A stretch of DNA of 64,000 bases from an uncultured Gammaproteobacteria bacterium (lineage in GTDB: Bacteria > Pseudomonadota > Gammaproteobacteria > Ga0077536): contig CALOBG010000021.1 of assembly GCA_942490995.1 (NCBI GenBank), positions 91,388 to 155,387 on the forward strand, read 5' to 3'. Below, piece after piece: positions 59,576-64,000 of the stretch. Numbering within the stretch: the first letter of the stretch is position 1; each line of letters opens with the position of its first letter. The translations under genes were made by a program, and so were the position numbers. A model generated the notes under the pieces. The model ran no database searches. It was given only the letters and a program-made list of their open reading frames with translations, and was not told the DNA's origin.

Positions 59576-60493
59576 TCAGGGTCGCTGTGGAAACAGTGAT
59601 TCGGCGAGCAGGCGCATGCGGGGATAATTTTCTTCCATCTGCGCGTATACAGCCTCGAGCGCGGCGGCCTCGATTTCAAGGCCGGCAAAGGCCGGATGGG
59701 CAGGGCTTGCGGCACCTTCGAACAGCATTGCGACCAGGCCCGCGGATACCGCGATCAGGCGCGTCATGGTCGCCTGCTTGTCGTCGACCGCCGGCACGCT
59801 GTGATAACGCATGGCCGCGCGCATCAACTCGGGCAGGTACCAGGCCTCGGCCAGGACCAGGCTGGCGTCATTGTGGCCGAAGCCGCATTCGGCGGTCAGG
59901 GCTTCGTTGACGCTCAGCACATCGTCCGCGGCAGCCGCCGCGAGCGCGCGGTCGGTCGGCGCCGGCAGGCAATCCGCCAGCCACAGCAAGCCGAGATTAT
60001 GTAACAGCCCGGCCGCACGCGCGGTTGCCTGGCTGATGTCCGCGGCCGCCGGCAGTAACCGCGACACGCGCGCAGCCGCATCGGCCACCAGCAGCGTTGC
60101 GCACCAGTAGCGACTGGCATCGAAATGCATGCAGCGCATGGGATTGAACGGCGCGGCCACGGTGACCGCGATGCTGATGCTGCGCACCGTTTCAAAGCCA
60201 AGCCGCGCGCAGGCGACGTCCAGCGACGTGACCGGTACACGCGGCGCCGACCACGGCGAATTGGCGATCGATAACAAGCGCGTGGCGACGGTGGGGAACC
60301 GCTCCAGCAAGGTGGCCAGTTCGTCAAACGGCATGTCTTCGTCGGCCAGCCTGGCGAGCAATTCAGTCACGCCTGCCGGCAACACCGGCACGTTGGCGCG
60401 CCTGGCCAGAGTGTCGAGATCAGGTCCGCTCGGCGCCGGGTCAGCCAACTTTGATACGCGGAAGCTCGTCGCTGTCGTCGTCGCTGTTGTCAT
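59576..60493 (-). CDS. HDOD-domain signalling protein (alternative TTG start at 60448, 2 nt after the sensor stop).
   Basis: HDOD pattern …LLSIANSPW…[12 protein letters not shown]…. The ORF-track N-terminus (low-complexity W/S/R-rich) is read-through of the sensor gene's 3' end in another frame. Confidence 0.6.
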   Translation of the reverse strand: MTTATTTATSFRVSKLADPAPSGPDLDTLARRANVPVLPAGVTELLARLADEDMPFDELATLLERFPTVATRLLSIANSPWSAPRVPVTSLDVACARLGFETVRSISIAVTVAAPFNPMRCMHFDASRYWCATLLVADAAARVSRLLPAAADISQATARAAGLLHNLGLLWLADCLPAPTDRALAAAAADDVLSVNEALTAECGFGHNDASLVLAEAWYLPELMRAAMRYHSVPAVDDKQATMTRLIAVSAGLVAMLFEGAASPAHPAFAGLEIEAAALEAVYAQMEENYPRMRLLAESLFPQRP

Positions 60494-63400
60494 CGGGTAA
60501 AAACCGCTTATTGATGAGTTTCGTGATCGTCTCAACGTTGACCGGGCGCGAAAAGTAATAGCCTTGCGCCACATCGCAATCGATCCCGGCCAGGACCCTG
60601 ACCTGCTCGAAATCCTCCACGCCCTCGGCGACCACGATATAGCCCAGCGCGTGGGCGAGGCCCACGATCGCGCCCAGCATGACGCAATCGTCCGGCTCGC
60701 TGAGCATGTCACGTACGAACAGGCGGTCGATCTTCAGACAATGGATCGGCAGATGCTTGAGTGAACCCAGTGACGAGTAGCCGGTGCCGAAGTCGTCGAT
60801 CGCGATCTTGACGCCGGTCTTTTCGAGCGCCTCCAGAACCAGCATGGAATTGGCGTCGGACTGAACCACTGTTTCGGTGATCTCGAGCTCCAGTGTCGAA
60901 GCGTCGAGTCGATGTTCTTCCAGCAGCTGATGCACGGTATCGATGATGCTGTGATCACGAAAATGCAGCGGCGAAATATTGACCGCCACGCGTGGCAACT
61001 CGAGGCCCGCCTCGCGCCAGACGCAAAGCTGCCTGCAGGCTTCGCGAAGGACCAGTTCGCCAAGTTCGCAGACCAGGCCGATGCGCTCCACAACCGGAAT
61101 AAAATCGGCCGGCATGACCAGGCCGCGTTCGGGATGGTTCCAGCGCAACAGCGCTTCGAGACCGACCACGGCACCCGAGATCAGTGACACCTGCGGCTGG
61201 TAGTAGAGTTCGAACTCGTGCTTCTCGAAGGCACTGCGCAGGTCGTTCTCCAGGGCCAGGCGCGCCTCTGCTTCAACCGTGAGTTGCGGGCTGTAGAACG
61301 CGTAGCAGTGTTTGCCGGAATGTTTGGCGGCATACATGGCACTGTCGGCGGCCTTGACCAGGATCTGGGCGGACTGTCCGTCGGCGGGAAAATGCGCAAT
61401 GCCGATGCTGGCATGCGGGCGGATACACTGGGCCTGTAACTCGACCGGCTCGCTGATCGCCGCCAGGCAGCGGCGGGCGATTTCAGCAGCAATAAATTCG
61501 TCGCTGGTATTGTTCACGATCATGCAGAACTCGTCGCCGCCGAGTCGCGCGATGAAATCAATATCACGCATGACCCCTTGCAGACGCCGCGCAACGATGT
61601 TCAGCAGACGGTCACCAATGTCGTGCCCGAGACTGTCATTGACGTCTTTGAAACCATCGAGGTCAAAAAACAGCAGCGCGAAGCGTTCGACGCTGCGATT
61701 CGCCGACTTGATCGTATCGCTCAGGCGTTGCATGAAGTAGCTGCGGCTGGCGAGGCCGGTGAGGGTATCGAAATAGGCCAGTTTGCGGATCTGCTCTTCC
61801 GCTTCGCGTTGTCGAGTGACGTCCTGGATGGTGCCGAGCACGAAACCGGCGCCGTTGTTATTGGTCCGCACTTCGAGGTCCTGGCGGACGTTGATGATGT
61901 CACCATTTGCGCAGTGGAGGCGATAATCGACTGCCGGCGCTTCGCCTTCGCGCAGCGCGGTTTCGATATTGTTGCGCACCCGCATGCGGTCATCGACGTG
62001 TACCAGCGCCAGGATCGCGTCGAGACCATCGGCCAGGGTCGCGGTGCTGATGTCCAGTCGTGTCGCCATGAGATCGGAAACTTCGAGCCGCCCGGCGGCG
62101 ATGTCCCAGCGCCAGTAGCCGAGCCTGGCCAGGCGTTGCGCGGCCTGTAGCTGGGCCTGGTTCTCGCGCAATTGCTTCTCTACTTCACTGGCCCGCAATA
62201 CGAAGCGCAGACGCTGGATCAGGATCGGATAGTTGACCGGTTTGGTCGTGAAACCGCTGGCGCCGACCTCAAAGGCACGGTTGACGGAATCGACGTCGTC
62301 GAGGCCGGTGACCATCAACACCGGCACATCGGCTACCCCGGGGCTCTTTTTCATCCGCCGGCAGATCTCGAAGCCATCGATGCCGGCCATGACCGCGTCG
62401 AGCAGGATCAGATCGGGACAATGGCGCTGCACACACTCCATGGCCTCGACGCCGTTGGCGGCCTGCGATACCACGAAGCCTTCGTTACCCAGCATTTCAC
62501 TGCAGGTGAGGAGGAACCCGGGATCGTCGTCGATGACCAGGATATGCGCACCGCCGGGTAGTGTCGTCACACCACTGCCCGGACCGGCCCCACCGTCTGC
62601 GACCTGAACGAGCGCCGCGATCACGACCGGCAGTTCGTCCTCGAGTTCCGCCAGCAAGGCCGGCAGATCGGCGACCGCCCCGCTCGCCGCGGCGGTCTCG
62701 AGGCGAGCCGAAAGCTCGGCAAGTCGGCGCGCGCCGACGTTGGCGGCATTCGATTTGAGGGTATGTGCGGCGCGGCGCGCGGCGTCGGCGTCGGCGGCGC
62801 CAACCGCCTTGCGAGCGTCCGCGAGGAGTTCCGGCGCATGGGTCTGGAACAGCGCGATGACGCGCTCGAGCAGGCTGACTTCCGCACCGCTGCCGTGCAC
62901 CGTGCGCAACCTGTCCAGCGCAGATTCGTCGAGCACGGTGCTGCTGCCCGTACCCGGCACAGTCGCGATCGCGCGCGGCTGTCGACACGAGTCCGGCAGC
63001 CATTCGCACAACAGCAGCTCGAGGCGACGCATGTCAAACGGTTTACTCAGGTAGGCGTTCATACCGGCCGCCGTGCAGCGTTGCTGCGTACCCTTCTGGA
63101 CATCCGCGGTCAGCGCAATGATCGGCACCGCGACCAGGCCGTGGGCGGCTTCGTATTCTCGGATCGTGCGCGCCGCGACGAACCCATCGCGCTCCGGCAT
63201 GTGGCAGTCCATCAGGATCAAATCGTAGCGGTGCCGTTCCGCGGCGGCGCATGCGAGCATACCGTTCTCGACGACGTCGACCCGGCACCCGAATTCCTCG
63301 AGGATACCGACCGCAACCTCCTGGTTAACCAGGTTGTCTTCGGCCAGCAGGATACGGGCGTCGAGCGCAGTCGAGGATCTGCCACCAACAGCACCACTGG

Positions 63401-64000
63401 CGCGTGGTTCGCCGCCGAACAGCATGGCCAGGGTTTCAGCCAGGCGTGAACGGCGCACCGGTTTGCTCAGGTAGCAGTCGATGCCGGCATCACGCGCGGC
63501 CTGCGATTGCGTGTCGAGTCCTGCCGAGCTGAGCATGATCAGGCGCAGCGGCGGGATCAGCGGGTCGATCTGGATGGCGCGACCGAGCATCAGGCCGTCC
63601 ATCTCCGGCATATGCCAGTCAAGCAGGGCGACCTCGAACGGATCACCGTCGGCGGCCGCCTTGCGCAGGGCCTCGATCGCCGTGGCGCCGCTGTCGGTTG
63701 CGGTGCTGCGCATCTTCCAGGTCGCAACCTGATCACTCAGGATGTCGCGGTTGGTCAGGTGGTCGTCGACGATCAGCACGCGCACGCCATTCAGCAGACC
63801 GAGGCTGGGACTGACGCCGTCGTGACGACCGCGCGCCCGCGCCAGGCGCAGTGTGAAGTGAAACCGAGAACCGTGACCAGGTTCGCTGTCGAGTTCGATC
63901 GTGCCGCCCATCAACTCGACCAGTTGGCGGGAGATGGCCAGACCCAGCCCGGTACCGCCGTGGCGCCGCGTGGTCGAACCGTCGGCCTGGGCGAACGCGT
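60441..64000 (-). CDS. Hybrid sensor histidine kinase / response regulator fused to GGDEF-EAL (HATPase_c - REC - REC - Hpt - REC - PAS - GGDEF - EAL); the 5' end is outside the window.
   Basis: The frame is open to the window edge (…[45 protein letters not shown] = HATPase G-boxes). Three REC Asp pockets, Hpt [17 protein letters not shown] (RLGGDEF), EAL (EALLRW, ELEITET). Confidence 0.85.
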   Translation of the reverse strand, partial: AFAQADGSTTRRHGGTGLGLAISRQLVELMGGTIELDSEPGHGSRFHFTLRLARARGRHDGVSPSLGLLNGVRVLIVDDHLTNRDILSDQVATWKMRSTATDSGATAIEALRKAAADGDPFEVALLDWHMPEMDGLMLGRAIQIDPLIPPLRLIMLSSAGLDTQSQAARDAGIDCYLSKPVRRSRLAETLAMLFGGEPRASGAVGGRSSTALDARILLAEDNLVNQEVAVGILEEFGCRVDVVENGMLACAAAERHRYDLILMDCHMPERDGFVAARTIREYEAAHGLVAVPIIALTADVQKGTQQRCTAAGMNAYLSKPFDMRRLELLLCEWLPDSCRQPRAIATVPGTGSSTVLDESALDRLRTVHGSGAEVSLLERVIALFQTHAPELLADARKAVGAADADAARRAAHTLKSNAANVGARRLAELSARLETAAASGAVADLPALLAELEDELPVVIAALVQVADGGAGPGSGVTTLPGGAHILVIDDDPGFLLTCSEMLGNEGFVVSQAANGVEAMECVQRHCPDLILLDAVMAGIDGFEICRRMKKSPGVADVPVLMVTGLDDVDSVNRAFEVGASGFTTKPVNYPILIQRLRFVLRASEVEKQLRENQAQLQAAQRLARLGYWRWDIAAGRLEVSDLMATRLDISTATLADGLDAILALVHVDDRMRVRNNIETALREGEAPAVDYRLHCANGDIINVRQDLEVRTNNNGAGFVLGTIQDVTRQREAEEQIRKLAYFDTLTGLASRSYFMQRLSDTIKSANRSVERFALLFFDLDGFKDVNDSLGHDIGDRLLNIVARRLQGVMRDIDFIARLGGDEFCMIVNNTSDEFIAAEIARRCLAAISEPVELQAQCIRPHASIGIAHFPADGQSAQILVKAADSAMYAAKHSGKHCYAFYSPQLTVEAEARLALENDLRSAFEKHEFELYYQPQVSLISGAVVGLEALLRWNHPERGLVMPADFIPVVERIGLVCELGELVLREACRQLCVWREAGLELPRVAVNISPLHFRDHSIIDTVHQLLEEHRLDASTLELEITETVVQSDANSMLVLEALEKTGVKIAIDDFGTGYSSLGSLKHLPIHCLKIDRLFVRDMLSEPDDCVMLGAIVGLAHALGYIVVAEGVEDFEQVRVLAGIDCDVAQGYYFSRPVNVETITKLINKRFLPDDNSDDDSDELPRIKVG

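Noticed and set aside
60441-60712. The ORF-track N-terminus of the HDOD protein ([20 protein letters not shown]…, starting at 60712).
   Set aside because: Low-complexity W/S/R-rich read-through of the sensor gene's 3' end in another frame. The HDOD homology begins near the ATG at 60493 / TTG at 60448.
1-64000. Signs of a mobile genomic island (transposases, integrases, tRNA-linked att sites, GC-content breaks) around the NRPS cluster.
   Set aside because: No transposase, integrase or phage-like genes and no tRNA were recognised. GC content appears uniformly high except for short intergenic AT-rich patches. Mobility cannot be claimed from this window.

Overview
High-GC (~65%) proteobacterial-type chromosome segment, densely coding on both strands. 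No rRNA, tRNA, CRISPR, transposase, integrase or phage genes were recognised.

Gene content from left to right:
(i) The 3' part of a conserved DUF1302/DUF1329/LolA-like/RND-exporter module.
(ii) Housekeeping or catabolic genes: gamma-glutamyltransferase, PhyH dioxygenase, three Baeyer-Villiger-type flavin monooxygenases, two LLM-class flavin oxidoreductases, a DszC/SfnB-like acyl-CoA-dehydrogenase-fold monooxygenase, AlkB-type alkane hydroxylase, an ABC-F ATPase, an M48 peptidase, and a TetR-associated operon of small VOC/DUF1428/SRPBCC/SnoaL proteins.
(iii) A ~20 kb non-ribosomal peptide synthetase (NRPS) island at ~25.0-45.6 kb with several unusual features. A PltF/PltL/PltE-like starter cassette (stand-alone A domain, PCP, acyl-CoA dehydrogenase) sits next to an ornithine cyclodeaminase and an Sfp-type PPTase. 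A 1847-aa NRPS has its adenylation domain interrupted between motifs A8 and A9 by a TtcA/TtuA-type PP-loop ATP-pyrophosphatase domain (SGGKDS P-loop plus zinc-finger and Fe-S-type cysteines), making it a candidate thioamide-installing module. A second module has an A domain that is interrupted by a GAMT-like methyltransferase and is physically split into three ORFs joined by two ATGA stop/start overlaps. A C-T-TE protein has a GxCxG (Cys) thioesterase. A HupE/UreJ metal permease and an uncharacterised polytopic membrane protein are embedded in the island.
(iv) A molybdopterin oxidoreductase paired with an FNR/ferredoxin fusion, a YyaL thioredoxin-like protein, an HDOD protein, and a large hybrid HK-REC-REC-Hpt-REC-PAS-GGDEF-EAL sensor that runs off the window edge.

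Non-coding features: a dispersed ~144-bp intergenic repeat family at two loci in opposite orientation, with compensatory base changes in a 12-bp internal stem; a tandem pair of 19-bp palindromic TetR-type operators; and one acyl-CoA synthetase gene with an apparent +1 frameshift.

Many long ORFs in the six-frame track are antisense GC-rich artefacts and were not called.
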